Assembly (NCBI GenBank): GCA_951406725.2
Contig: OX597842.1
Location: forward strand, 1,798,001-1,862,000
Source of the DNA: Octopus vulgaris
Lineage: Eukaryota
Direction of reading: 5' to 3'
DNA length: 64,000 nt
The position numbers and the translations under genes are program-made. A model generated the notes under the pieces. It made no database searches. It was not told the DNA's origin and was given only the letters and a program-made list of their open reading frames with translations. This document shows positions 39,746-51,851 of this stretch, one piece after another; position 1 is the stretch's first letter; every line of letters begins with the position of its first letter.

Positions 39746-41287
39746 GTGTTGTTGATGTTGATGATGATGATGATGGTGTTGATGGTTTTTGGTAGTGGAA
39801 GTGGTGGTTGTGATGATAGTGGTGGTGGTGGTGCTAGTGGTGGTGGTGATAAAGTGATAATGGTGGTGGCATTGCTGCTGTTGTTGTCAGCAGATGTATT
39901 AATGCTGGTGATGGTGGTGGGGTTAATGGTGGTGGTGGTCTCAGTAATAATAATAACAGTGATGATGATGATGATGATGATGATGTTTGTAATGGTGGTA
40001 GTGGTGGTAATGATGGTGAAGATGACAGTTGTGATGGTAGTGGTACTTAATGGTAGGGAGGAAGGTGGTGATGATGATAATGAAGATGAGGAAAAGGAGG
40101 AGGAGAAGGAAGAAGAGGACGTTAGTGGTTGGGATGTTGTTGTTGGTAGTGGTGGTGGTGATGGTGGTGGTGGTGTTGGTGGCAGTGCTGTTGAAGGTGG
40201 TAGTTGGCAGTAAGCATAATGACACTATCTTTGATAGTGGTGGTGGTGGTGGTGTCTTTGGTTGCAGAGATTCCAGTGGTTTAGTAGGCATCAGTAAAGA
40301 ATGGTATGGATGGTAACATTGTGAGTAGTAGAGGTGGTAGTTACTAGTTGTTTTGTTCATATTACAAGTGGTGGTGGTGGGGATTGTGTTGGCAGTGTTA
40401 GTGGTTGTAGTTGTTGATGATAATAGTGATGGTGGTGGTGGTTCTTGGTGGTAGTGGTGGTAGTAATAATGGTGGCTGTGGTGGTTGTGGTTGATGATGA
40501 TAGTAGTGATGGTGGTGGTGGTAGTGATTGTGGTAGTTGTTGACGGTAGTGGTGGTGATGTTGGTAGTTGATGGTAATGGTGGTGGTAGTTCTTGGTGGT
40601 AGTGGTAGTTGGTGGTAGTGGTGGTGGTGGTGGTAGTTGATGGTACTGGTGGTTCTTGGTAGTTGTGGTGGAGGTGGTAGTTCTTGGTGGTAGAGGTGGT
40701 GGTAGTAGTTCTTGGTGGTGGTGGTAGTTGGTGGTAGTGGTGGTAGTGATGGTTCTTAGTGGTGGTTCTTGGTGGTAGTGGTGGTTCTTGGTGGTAGTGG
40801 TGGTTCTTGGTGGTAGTGGTGGTTCTTGGTGGTAGTGGTAGTGATAGTAGTGGTGATTGTTCTTGGTGGTAGTGGTGATGGTAGTAGTGGTGGTGGTGGT
40901 GGTTCTTGGGGGTTGTTGGTGGTAGTGGTGGTGGTGGAACTTCTTAATGGTGGTGATGGTAGTTGTTGATGGTAGTAGTGGTGGTGGAATGAAATAAAAA
41001 TGGCAAATATGGCACTGGGTTTATTGTTATTGTTATCAGCAACGTTGATTACATAAATTTTAGCAGCATTCCTTATGGAGATGATGATGGTGATGAGGGT
41101 GATGATGATGATGATGACAGTGGTGATAATGCTGATGATAATCATGGCTAAGGTAAAGATTATGATGATTGTGGCTGTTATGAAGTTGACAGTGATGATG
41201 ATGATAGTGGTGATAATGATGTTGATAAAGATGGCTATGATGAAGATGATGATTGTGATGGTGATGATGGTGATAACAATGGTAATG

Positions 41288-41318
<31 letters not shown>

Positions 41319-41710
41319 ACAGTAGTTATGATGATGATGATGTTGGTTGTGGTGGTGATAATAATGATGGTGGTGCTGGTGATGATGATGACAACGATGA
41401 TCTTCATTATGATGATGATGAAGATGATGATAGTGATGGTGATGACGATGATAACAATGGTAATGTTTGATGATGATGATGGTGATGATGACAGTAGTTA
41501 TGATGATGATGATGTTGATTGTGGTGGTGGTGATGAGGTTGACAACGGTGATCTTCATTATTATGATGATGGTGATGATGATGATGAGAGTGACGGATTT
41601 GATGTTTGCAAAGAAGATGGGAGATGTCGACAAAAAGAAAATGAGAGATTTAGCTCATGGCGATAGTGGTGGAGGTGGCGAGTATGGTAATGGTGGTGGT
41701 GGTGGTGGCG
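39746..41710. repeat. (GGT)/(GAT) low-complexity tract with (GGTTCTTGGTGGTAGTGGT)-type and ~180-bp internal duplications
   Basis: Direct inspection. Confidence 0.9.
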
Positions 41711-42250
41711 GGGCAATGGCTGCAGTGATGGGGGAGCCGGCAGGCGGGCCTTAGCTTAATCGAGACTGAAATTTGCTGATTGTAGAGGTCACATCACATA
41801 TGACAGTCGATTCAACCTCTGACCATCATCTAAGTCCTTCATTTCAATTAATCAAACTTTCTATGTTGCTGACTAACAGGAAATTCAAAACCTACAATGT
41901 ATAACACACACACACACACACACACATAGATATATATCTATGTGTGTGTTTGTACACATGTATATGTATGAATATATGTGTAGGTATATGTGATTGCGCG
42001 TGTGTATAAAAATATATAAATGTATGAATATACGTCTTTAGTTATCTATTTATTTAGATATGTACATACATATGTGTGTATGTGTGTATGAACTCTCAAA
42101 TATGCACACACACACACACACACACATGCATGCACACATATGTATATAAATATAATCAACAATACATATATATTTATATGATTATGTCTGCATTATATAT
42201 AGACATTTCCTCCTCCCCCTGTCTTCCTATCAGTATATATATATATATTC

Positions 42251-42283
<33 letters not shown>

Positions 42284-42311
42284 TATACGTGTGTATATAT
42301 ATATGTGTGTG

Positions 42312-42387
<76 letters not shown>

Positions 42388-43149
42388 GTATATATATTTA
42401 TATATAAAGAGAGAGAGAGAAATCTTCGCATATATATCATTCTATCTAATATAAACACAGGTATGTGTATGTATAGATATCTATCTATCTATCTATCCCT
42501 CTCTCTATACACACCCACACACATGCATGTATATGCACAGACACACACATGTACACACAGATTCCTATCAAGATGAGCAGAAGGTAAAACTAATCTTCTA
42601 GCCCCACCCCCAGCGCATTACCGTCAGCACCTTAAAACAGACATCTATGTAATCTTTTATTAGCAGTTCAGTAATTAACTTACAAAAAGAAGAGGAAATT
42701 ATTGTTTATTTAATTGCCAAGAATTCAGGCAAAACTATTTTAATGGTAATGATAATTAACAATAGATTAATTGAAGTGTAATTAGAGATGAGTCTCTGGG
42801 GGTGGAATTCATGTGACACTCCAACCAGAATCATTTGAGTAGAAGGGATTAGTCAGTTGTATTAGAATTGCTGTGTTTTGATTTCCTTGCCCTATCCTCA
42901 TCTATTGTTACATCATCATCATCATCTGATTGCACAGATTCCTGTCACTCTCTGTTGCTATCCAGTTTGAGGATATTTACCACATTCAGCACAGAGAGAT
43001 AAACCAAAATTTCATAAACCAAATTGAAACAGAAATGCATGGTTCTGGTCACACTGACATAATTTAACTTTTTTGGGACCATATTCTTTGAGTATTAAAT
43101 GATGAAATATGTAATCTGCCTCGTATTTGGATTAAAAAAAATTTTTTTT

Positions 43150-43465
43150 TATCTAGTTTCAGCTCATGAGCTGTGGCCATGCTGGGGCACCGCCATTTGG
43201 TGTTGCTACATGATTTTACTTCACGAATGCTTTTTAGCAATTGCTATTTGGTGCATGAGAGAGTTCGATGCAGCTGCCCTCATCTGCACCTCCTGCCGTG
43301 AAGTTGGTTCATCTGGGACACCTGACAGGAAAAGATCCAGTTTTATTTTAAAGACATCTGCATCCACCCCATGCAGGTCTCTCAGGTTCTTCGGGGGGAT
43401 ATTGAAGTGCTGTGGGCCTCTGAAGCCCAGGCTATCACAGTATCTTGTCCTACATCTTGATGACA
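43150..43465 (-). mobile_element. 3' end of a CR1/L2-like LINE
   Basis: SLGFRGPQHFNIPPKNLRDLHGVDADVFKIKLDLFLSGVPDEP...SNSL followed by a stop, short 3'UTR and A-rich tail. Confidence 0.8.
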
Positions 43466-43499
43466 AATTTGGAGACCTGAAATATATTCAAAAATTTGG

Positions 43500-44270
43500 A
43501 GAGATTTAATAAAACAAAGGACGTTCAAATTCGTACAGAGAAGTTCCTTCCTACAGCTGTTTCGATACCCAATTAATTCAATTACAGAAAAACAGTTCAT
43601 CAATCTTGCCTTCTATATCATCCTTCGGTCTCGGCTTTTTCCCCCTTCAATCTTTCCAGTCGTTGCTAAATTTTCCAGGCCCTCTTTCCTCCTCACATGA
43701 CCAAGAAATCTCATTTGTTTGCCCTTTATCCGACAAAGCAATTTCTGCAGCCCAGGCTCTCCCTTCTTCATTAGACAGTCTGCCTGTCCATGCTTTCCTC
43801 AATGTTCTCATTCGTAGGATATGGGTGATCATGTGATCGTGTCCAGCCACAATTCTCTGTCCTTTGTTTTTTGAAACAATTTCATTTCCTGCTATTTAAT
43901 GCTTCTTTCTTCCAAGCTGGCAGAAAGGCGGTGAGCTGGCAGAAATGTTAGCACGCCGGGCGAAATGCTTAGTGGTATTTCGTCTGCCGTTATGTTCTGA
44001 GTTCAAATTCCGCCGAGGTCGACTTTGCCTTTCATCCTTTCGGGGTCGATAAATAGAGTACCAGTTTCCCACTGGGGTCGATGTAATTGACTTAATCCCT
44101 TTGTCTGTCCTTGTTTGTCCCCTCTATGTTTAGCCCCTTGTGGGCAGTAAAGAAATACATTTCTTCAACCATGACATCTGTGTCATCCTTCTCCTTCTTC
44201 TGCCTCTTTTCCCTTAAGCCCTTGACAACGGTTGGCGCAAATATGCGATCACACTTTTGCTTGCCTACCT
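43500..44270 (-). mobile_element. RTE-LINE C-terminal fragments interrupted by a family B SINE (43926-44157, +)
   Basis: MRFLGHVRRKEGLENLATTGKIEGEKSRDRR, KTKDRELWLD and KGKRGRRRRR motifs on the minus strand. Confidence 0.7.
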
Positions 44271-44473
44271 GCGGTTAACATAAATATATATATATTTCAC
44301 AAAGGGGGGTGTAACTATAGCTTTTTAGCCCCAGGAGATCATCGTCTCCAGCTGGCTTTAGGCACACTATCTGTGCCCTTATGTGCCTAAAGCCAGCTGG
44401 AGACGATTACTGTTTACATCTCATTCTGAGATTTAATAATGCTTATATATGTTTCTGTCTCTGTCTTTTACAG

Positions 44474-44701
44474 CCATACCGTTTCTTTGACAACTCATAT
44501 AAGGGATGCCATTTTGGTAACTACACCAGCAGCAGAGGGTTCTACAGCATCAGCAAAGTCCCTGGTCCCGGGGAATACAACATCACATGTGCACCTTCCA
44601 AGAAGGCCGAGAACATCAACACCAAGCAGACTGCCGTCGTCAGGTATGAAGCTCAGATCCCACGGTACCTGGATGCCATTGTGAAGAAGGAGACGAAACT
44701 G
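44474..44701 (+). CDS. STPG2: Next coding exon (76 codons, phase 0-0) of the STPG2-like gene
   Basis: CTGTCTTTTACAG acceptor ending at 44473; GTGAGC donor at 44702. Translation PYRFFDNSYKGCHFGNYTSSRGFYSISKVPGPGEYNITCAPSKKAENINTKQTAVVRYEAQIPRYLDAIVKKETKL has a PGPGxY (SHIPPO) repeat and the YKG.HFG / EN.N.K / IPR motifs that directly follow the first exon's segment in STPG2. Confidence 0.87.
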
Positions 44702-45256
44702 GTGAGCAAGGAAGGAATTTCTTTTTACTTTGAATTTCTGTTTCATCACCATTATCATCATCATCATCATCTATCATGATAGGTGAAGGCATAAGGGTGT
44801 GTTTAAGTAGCTCACTTTGCAATCACCTGGTTTCAGGTTCAGTCCCACTGCATAGCACTTTGGTTAAGTGTTATCTGGGATAGCCCCAGCCTGACCAATG
44901 CCTTGTGGCAGGATTTGGTATATAGAAACTGTATGGAAGAGCATCGAAAAATGTTCGTTTCTATGTTTTTGTTTCTCATTGTGTCTAACGTTTTTTTGAT
45001 GTCCTGTACCCATATATGCATGTATATATACATATATTGGCCTGCTCGCTTAGCCAGCGGGGTGGCGTCATTCAAAGGCTAAAAAACAATGCGAACGCAT
45101 TGTGACCAGCGATGTGTAGTGACATCTGATGGTCTGGTCGATCACGTGATCACGTGATATACATATATATGTAGGTAGGTACATATATGTATGCATATAT
45201 TTACATATTATTCATATTATTATATGATTGAACACCACGCATCCTTTTCCAAGTAA

Positions 45257-45298
<42 letters not shown>

Positions 45299-45302
<4 letters not shown>

Positions 45303-45466
45303 TGCAGCGTGGAAGGTGTTTATAAGCCATTTAAGAAACACACAAAAGCCGTTCGATTCACTTCAACATTTAAGTTTAATTTGTCAAAATATTTTCGTCG
45401 CTAAAATCCGCGACCTGTTCACTGATCAAAGTCCGTGCTGCATCTTGCTATGCGAGTAGATCTCCG

Positions 45467-45468
<2 letters not shown>
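45299..45468 (-). mobile_element. Penelope-like remnant with a G3-C8 variant hammerhead (45383-45425); second copy at about 57205-57350
   Basis: Minus strand TCA-GTGAACA-G-GTCGC-GGATTTTA-GCGAC-GAA-AATATT-T-TGAC; (TA)n on both sides. Confidence 0.6.
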
Positions 45469-45507
<39 letters not shown>

Positions 45508-45509
<2 letters not shown>

Positions 45510-45700
45510 GGAGTAAACACATAAATGTGAAACAAGGTGGAAAAGAGAGTACTCAAATACCAGTGGTAGAGTAATATGCTTTATTTAAAGCAGCAGAAAA
45601 TTCAACAAAATCTGTTACTCTGAGTTTCCCGTTGCCGTTCATCGGAAAACTCAGAATAGCAGGTTTTGTTGAATTTTCTGCTGCTTTAAATAAAGTATAT
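45508..45700 (-). mobile_element. Fold-back Penelope-like remnant with a hammerhead-like motif (45612-45645)
   Basis: ~55-bp inverted arms; minus strand CCGATGA-ACG-GCAA-CGG-GAA-ACTC-A-GAGT-A-ACAG. Confidence 0.55.
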
Positions 45701-46222
45701 ATATATATGTGTGTGTGTATATAAGACCTGTTCAGTCAAGTGAAATTGTAGTCATGGCCAGTACTGCCTGACTGGCAGCTGTGCTGGTGGCACATAATAA
45801 GCATAATTCAAGCATGGGTCAGTGCCAGTGCCACCTGACTGGCTCCCCATGCCGGTGTCACATAAAAAGCACCATCCAAATGTGGTCGATGCCGGTGCCG
45901 CCTGACTGGTTCCTGTGCTGGTGGTACACGAAAGGCATCCACTACAATCTCAGATTGGTTGGCATTAGGAAAGGCATCCAGCTGTAGAGCCCTTGCCAGA
46001 TCAGATTGGAGCCTGATGCAGCCTCCTGGCTTGCCAGTCCTCAATTAAACTGTCCGACCCATGGCAGCATGGAAAATGGATGTTAAACAATGATGGTGAT
46101 GATGATATGTCATTTTTTAAAGTGTATCTCTCTAGAGAGACAGTATTGAAAGTCACGATGTTTCATATAAGAATATATCTATGTAAACAAATTGATCAAA
46201 GATAGAAAAATAGGGAATGAGT

Positions 46223-46263
46223 GTATATGCATGTTTCAGGAATTCTTATTCCTTCATCAGTAC
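46223..46263 (-). ncRNA. Candidate minimal hammerhead (CpG-decayed stem III)
   Basis: GTA-CTGATGA-AGGAAT-AAGA-ATTCCT-GAA-ACATGCAT-A-TAC; perfect 6-bp stem II and intact core. Confidence 0.55.
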
Positions 46264-46734
46264 CACATCCAACCCATTAACCATTCATGAACACATTGCT
46301 TAAACAACCATTAAATTTAGCAGTGGAAGACATTTGAATATATCAATTTTATGTATTAAACACTTCCCTGGCAATTGGTATGTATATATCTGAATGTGGC
46401 CGATGCCAGCGCTGCCTTGACTGGCCTCTGTGCTGATGGCACATAAAAAGCACCAACCAATTGTGACAGTTGCCAGCCTCACCTGGCTCCTGTGTCGGTG
46501 GCATGTAAAAAGCACCCACTACACTCACGGAGTGGTTGGCGTTAGGAAAGGCATCCAACTGTAGAAACACTGCTAGATCAGACTGGAGCCTGGTGCAGCC
46601 TCCTGGCTTCCTAGACCCCGGTCGAACCATCCAACCCATGCTAGCATGGAAAACGGACATTAAACGATGATGATGATGATATTACTTGCTGGTAGGAACT
46701 TTCGGTGCTGGCTCCAAATTCTATAGAGATACAC

Positions 46735-47140
46735 TTACTCTTTACTCTCTTTTACTTGTTTCAGTCATTTGACTGTGGCCTTGCTGGAGCACCGCCTTTA
46801 GTCCAGCAAATCGACCCCAGGACTTATTCTTTGTAAACCTAGTACATATTCTATCGGTCTTTATGCCGAACCGCTAAGTTACGGGGACGTAAACACACCA
46901 GCATCGGTTGTCAAGCGATGTTGGGGGGACAGACACAGACACACAAACACACACAAATACATATATATACATATATACGACGGGCTTCTTTCAGTTTCTG
47001 TCTACCAAATCCACTCACAAGGTTATGGTCAGCCCGAGGCTACAGCATCAGACACTTGCCACGGGTGCCATGCAGTGGTACTAAACCCAGAACCATGTGG
47101 TTGGTAAGCAAGCTTCTTACCACACAGCCGCTCCTGCACC
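46735..47140 (-). mobile_element. Family A SINE, full length
   Basis: Reverse-complement match to 50942-51345. Confidence 0.88.
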
Positions 47141-47475
47141 TATACATATATATACAATATTGATAATATGAACACTGTTTCTTCCCAGTTAACTTATTCA
47201 TAATAATTGTCTGATATGTATTTCGATTGTACTAACTGCATATTGTTGCATATTCTTATGATTTATGCATTATTAGTATTATCTCTTCAGGGCATATAGA
47301 TATGACATTGTTTAGAGAGGGATGTTCATCTGTTATTAGTTTGAATTAGGCTTGGTTGTAGTAGTAAACCATGACCTTTCGTTGATGAGCTGTTGTTCTC
47401 AGATGATTGTTTGGGTAGAATTCAGCAGCAGCAGCAGCAGCAACAATGTTTGTTGAAGTTGGCAAAGTTCGACGG

Positions 47476-47515
<40 letters not shown>

Positions 47516-47627
47516 TCACACACACACACACATACACACATCTATAAATATATTTCTCTATATATGTATATGCATATATATATATATATATATACACACA
47601 TGTGTATATATATATATTTATATATAC

Positions 47628-47668
<41 letters not shown>

Positions 47669-48169
47669 TACATACAAACACACACACACACACACACACA
47701 TATATGAAACAAAAAAGATTTGATATTTTTGGGGGTCTCATTTATTGGTATTATTTCAGATTTCCAATTTTGTTATGCAATGACTCTGCAAAAAATATTT
47801 CCATGATCCTCAATTTTAGTATGTATTTCGAACCAGTATACAGGAGCAACTGAGACTACATATTGGATTATAATAATGGAATAAGCAGATGTGCTTCAAG
47901 AGAAAACAGCTGCGATTTACTCTAACTAGCTACAATATATATACATACACACACACACTCATGTATATATATATGCCAGTGGCACGTAAAAAGCACCCAC
48001 TTCACTCACGGAGTGGTTGGCGTTAGGAAAGGCATCCAGCTGTAGAAATATTGCCAGATCAAGACTGGGCCTGGTGCAGCCTTCTGGCTTCCCAGACCCC
48101 AGTTGAACCGTCCAACCCATGCTAGTATGGAAAGCGGATGCTAAATGATGATGATGATGATGATATATA

Positions 48170-48350
48170 TTAGTTAATCCAAACATGAAAACACAAAGAG
48201 AAAACACAACAAGGAGAGGATGTGGAACAAGTATAGTGTTATTGGATGCTCAGAAAGGAAAGAAAGAAGGAGGATTTAACGTTTGGAGCAGAGCTCTTCA
48301 TCAGAAATATAGGAAAAGGAAAGATCCAAGGAAGGGAAGACGGAGGAAAT
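48170..48350 (-). mobile_element. Penelope-like remnant with a minimal hammerhead (48274-48308, G12>C)
   Basis: ATTT-CTGATGA-A-GAGC-TCT-GCTC-CAA-ACGT-T-AAAT; TA flanks. Confidence 0.6.
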
Positions 48351-48371
48351 ATATATATATATATATACACA

Positions 48372-48895
48372 TATGGTCTGATCAATAAGTACCAAGACTG
48401 ATGTCATAGTAATGAAGCTAAAGCATGCAGAGTGAAGCCGCTTGGCAGATATCAACCTTGAACTCTGTTGTGCATGCACACTAAATTTTAATGTTCTAGC
48501 TCACTGTTTATAGCAGTGCTTGGAAGGAACATGTGTAGCATGTGAACATCACATTGATTATGACAGAGAAAGTTGAGCAGAGAACCTGCATCAAATTTTG
48601 ACAAAAGCTTCATGATACCTTCTCAGAGGCCTATGCAAAGGTTTCAAAAAGTTTTCGTTGTTTTCAACGCAATCAAGATCTTGTACAATTGAAACCCAAG
48701 TGTCTTTTTTGGTCAGCTGAAAGCAGTTTTGACACAAACTTGGTAGACACACATCACATACTCAAATCTTCGGTGATAATGGACTGAAGTTAACTGAAAC
48801 TAATCTGCACATCCTCTGATAATCCATGGATGGTGATTCAAGGATTTTCCCCTCAGAGCTGCATGCACATCTGCAATGTTTTTCTCAGTTCTGCT
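48372..48895 (-). mobile_element. Second copy of the rearranged mariner derivative (opposite orientation to 37453-37962)
   Basis: Probable TIR GGTCTGATCAATAAGT, MTEKVEQRTCIKF start, and the same inversion junction GGCCTATGCAAAG/GTTTCAAAAAGTTTTC. Confidence 0.75.
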
Positions 48896-49907
48896 GTAGT
48901 TGTATCACGAAGGTCTGTGACTGCATCAACCTGTCAGCTACTCGGGCAGTTGGGTAGCAAAGGCCACAGAAGAACTGTCACAATTAAACACTTGTCTGAT
49001 GTTGCTGAAAAGAGCTCAATGTGGATATTGGCAAAGAGGAATGACCAATGGACCTAGTGATGGATTCCATTGGTTATTTACAGGAATAGATGGAAGAAGA
49101 GAACTGGTTCCTTCATCAGTCAGAGAGGCATGGTGGGCTGAAATACAGACATGGGAACACAAGTTCAAGTAAAGGATGACTCAGGTTCAAATCCTGCTGG
49201 TGACAGAATTTTGGAAAGCAGCAAGAGGACATCTGGGAGTCATGATCTGGATTGGCCCAGCTCCTGTAGAGTGTCATGTATATGGGCCGAAGCACTTGTC
49301 AGATGAGAGTTCTTCCTCTGAAGATCTCTCCTACTGTGCACTTGCCTTGCAGCGAGTTTCTGTTATGCATGCCTATATTATATATATGTGTGTGTATATA
49401 TATATATATGTCATCATCATCATCATCATCGTTTAACGTCCATTTTCCATGTTAGCACAGATTGGATGGTTCGACCGGGGTCTGGGAAGCCAGGAGGTTG
49501 CACCAGGCTCCAGTCTGATCTGGCAGTGTTTCTACAGCTGGATGCCCTTCCTAATGCCAACCACTCCGTGATTGTAGTGGGTGCTTTTTACGTGCCACCG
49601 ACACAGGTGCCAGGCGGGGCTGGCATTGGCTGCGATCGGTTGGTGCTTTTTATGTGTCACCGACACAGAAGCCAGTCAAGGCAGCGCTGGCATTGGCCAC
49701 ATTCGGATGGTGCTTTTTACATGTCACAAGCACAGGTATCACTACTACAATTTCCATTTGATATTTATTTTGATGTTGATGTACTTGACTCAATCGGTCT
49801 CCTCAAGCGGAGCAGGTCATGTACCACCGGCACAGAAGCCAGTCAAGGCGGTGCTGGCATCAGCCATGTTTGAATGGTGCTTATTTTACATATATATATA
49901 TATATAT

Positions 49908-49948
<41 letters not shown>

Positions 49949-49952
<4 letters not shown>

Positions 49953-50217
49953 ATATTTCGGAATGGTCATTTTGCCAATTTAGCCAATAAAAACACACGC
50001 ACTATATATTTGGTGTTATTTTGCTTCAGTGTTATTTATTTTTTACATTAATCTTAATCTTATTTCGGCCAGAGTTCTTTCGTCACAAAGTAACACCAAA
50101 TATATAGTGCGTGTGTTTTTATTGGCTAAACTGGCAAAATGACCATTCCGAAATATAACAATATCTGTTTCAACACACGACTTCACATAAAAAATCTTGC
50201 AAAACAAATATATAAAC

Positions 50218-50220
<3 letters not shown>
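49949..50220. mobile_element. Fold-back element with 75-bp inverted arms inside (TA)n
   Basis: 49949-50023 is the near-perfect reverse complement of 50086-50160. Confidence 0.6.
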
Positions 50221-50294
<74 letters not shown>

Positions 50295-50941
50295 ACACAT
50301 AGACAAATATATATATTTATTATAATAAAAGGCAAGTTTATGTGTTTGTGAATTTTTTACAGACCTTGATGAAACTTGACACGTATGTGGGGTTTATGCC
50401 CATGCGGTCACTTATGCACTTGGAATTTTTTAAAATTCACTTTTTAATCAGCATCAGTTTTTCAAAAATTGTAAAATTTCAGTATTTTTCGCACAAACCA
50501 TCATGACCTCGATTTTACGAAAAAATGCCAAAATTTGATGAAAAATGTGACATGGGTATAAACAGACAGCTTATTAACAGTAATTGATTTAGCATTTGCT
50601 AATTCTTCATATCAATACGAACTGTTTTGATTTGCTAAAACTTATTATTTCAATTCATTTTAATTCCCCAGTGTTTCAGGTTTTGATTAGGTGAGAGCAT
50701 TTTATTTCTCAAGCAAAATTTAGGCATTTTGCATACTAGCTGTCATGACATCAATTTGACAAAATCTGCCCCAAAGCGTAAAATTTCACCATTTTACGGT
50801 CATGCACAAAAATGAAGATGACATGGGTTCGCTACCACACTCTGCTAATTTTTTCTTCAAATTGGTCCTGCCTATTAATATAGATTTCAAATGTTTGAAA
50901 AATGTCAAAATTTGACAAAAAATATTTCATGGCTACAAACA

Positions 50942-51345
50942 GACGCAGGAGTGGCTGTGTGGTAAGTAGCTTGCTAACCAGCCACATGGTTCCGGGTTCA
51001 GTCCCACTGCGGGGCATCTTGGGCAAGTGTCTTCTGCTGTAGCCCCGGGCCGACCAATGCTTTGTGAGTGGATTTGGTAGATGGAAACTGAAAGAAGCCT
51101 GTTGTATATATGTATATATATGTATGTGTGTGTTTGTGTGTCTGTATTTGTCCCTCTAGCGTTGCTTGACAACCGATGCTGGTGTGTTTACGTCCCCGTC
51201 ACTTAGAGGTTCGGCAAAAGAGACCGATAGAATAAGTACTGGGCTTACAAAGAATAAGTCCCGGGGTCGATTTGCTTGACTAAAGGCGGTGCTCCAGCAT
51301 GACCGCAGTCAAATGACTGAAACAAGTAAAAAGAGTAAAGAGTAA
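50942..51345 (+). mobile_element. Family A SINE, well-preserved full-length copy
   Basis: A box TGGCTGTGTGG, B box GGTTCAGTCCC, CORE-like CTTGGGCAAGTGTCTT, internal microsatellite, tail GGCGGTGCTCCAGCATG...GACTGAAACAAGTAAAAAGAGTAAAGAGT; many CpGs retained. Confidence 0.9.
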
Positions 51346-51496
51346 GCTGATATATGATCTAAGTTGGACCCCTTATTCGCAATATTACCGAATCTGGAAC
51401 TGAACTATTGTCTGTCTACAGCACTTATTCAGCATTACCTGACACCTTTGGGTCTCAATGACACCATTACCTCTCATAACCTATATATATATTGAA

Positions 51497-51795
51497 TTGA
51501 GATCCCCTTCAGTCACGACACAGACCGTGGGATTGCACCTAGAAAGTTACCCTCCCAGGCACAAGTCCGGGCAAGGTTGTTTATGGAAGACCAGCAGTCG
51601 CCCATATATACTGACCTCCCCTCTTCATGTCACCAGTGTTATCCAAGGGAAAGGCAAAGGGGCCGATACAGCTTGGCACCTGTGACGTCACAACTCATTT
51701 CTCCAGCTGAGCGAAGTGAAGCAACATGATATAAAGTGTCTTGCTCAAGAACACAACACACAGCCCGGTCCAGGAATCGAACTTACAACCTCATG
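51497..51795 (-). mobile_element. Family E SINE
   Basis: Reverse complement of the 7812-8152 type. Confidence 0.75.
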
Positions 51796-51796
51796 A

Positions 51797-51849
<53 letters not shown>

Positions 51850-51851
<2 letters not shown>

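Noticed and set aside
50325-50935. Possible Helitron/Helentron-like non-autonomous element (CTTGATGAAACTTGACAC motif)
   Set aside because: Single copy in the window and termini could not be defined.
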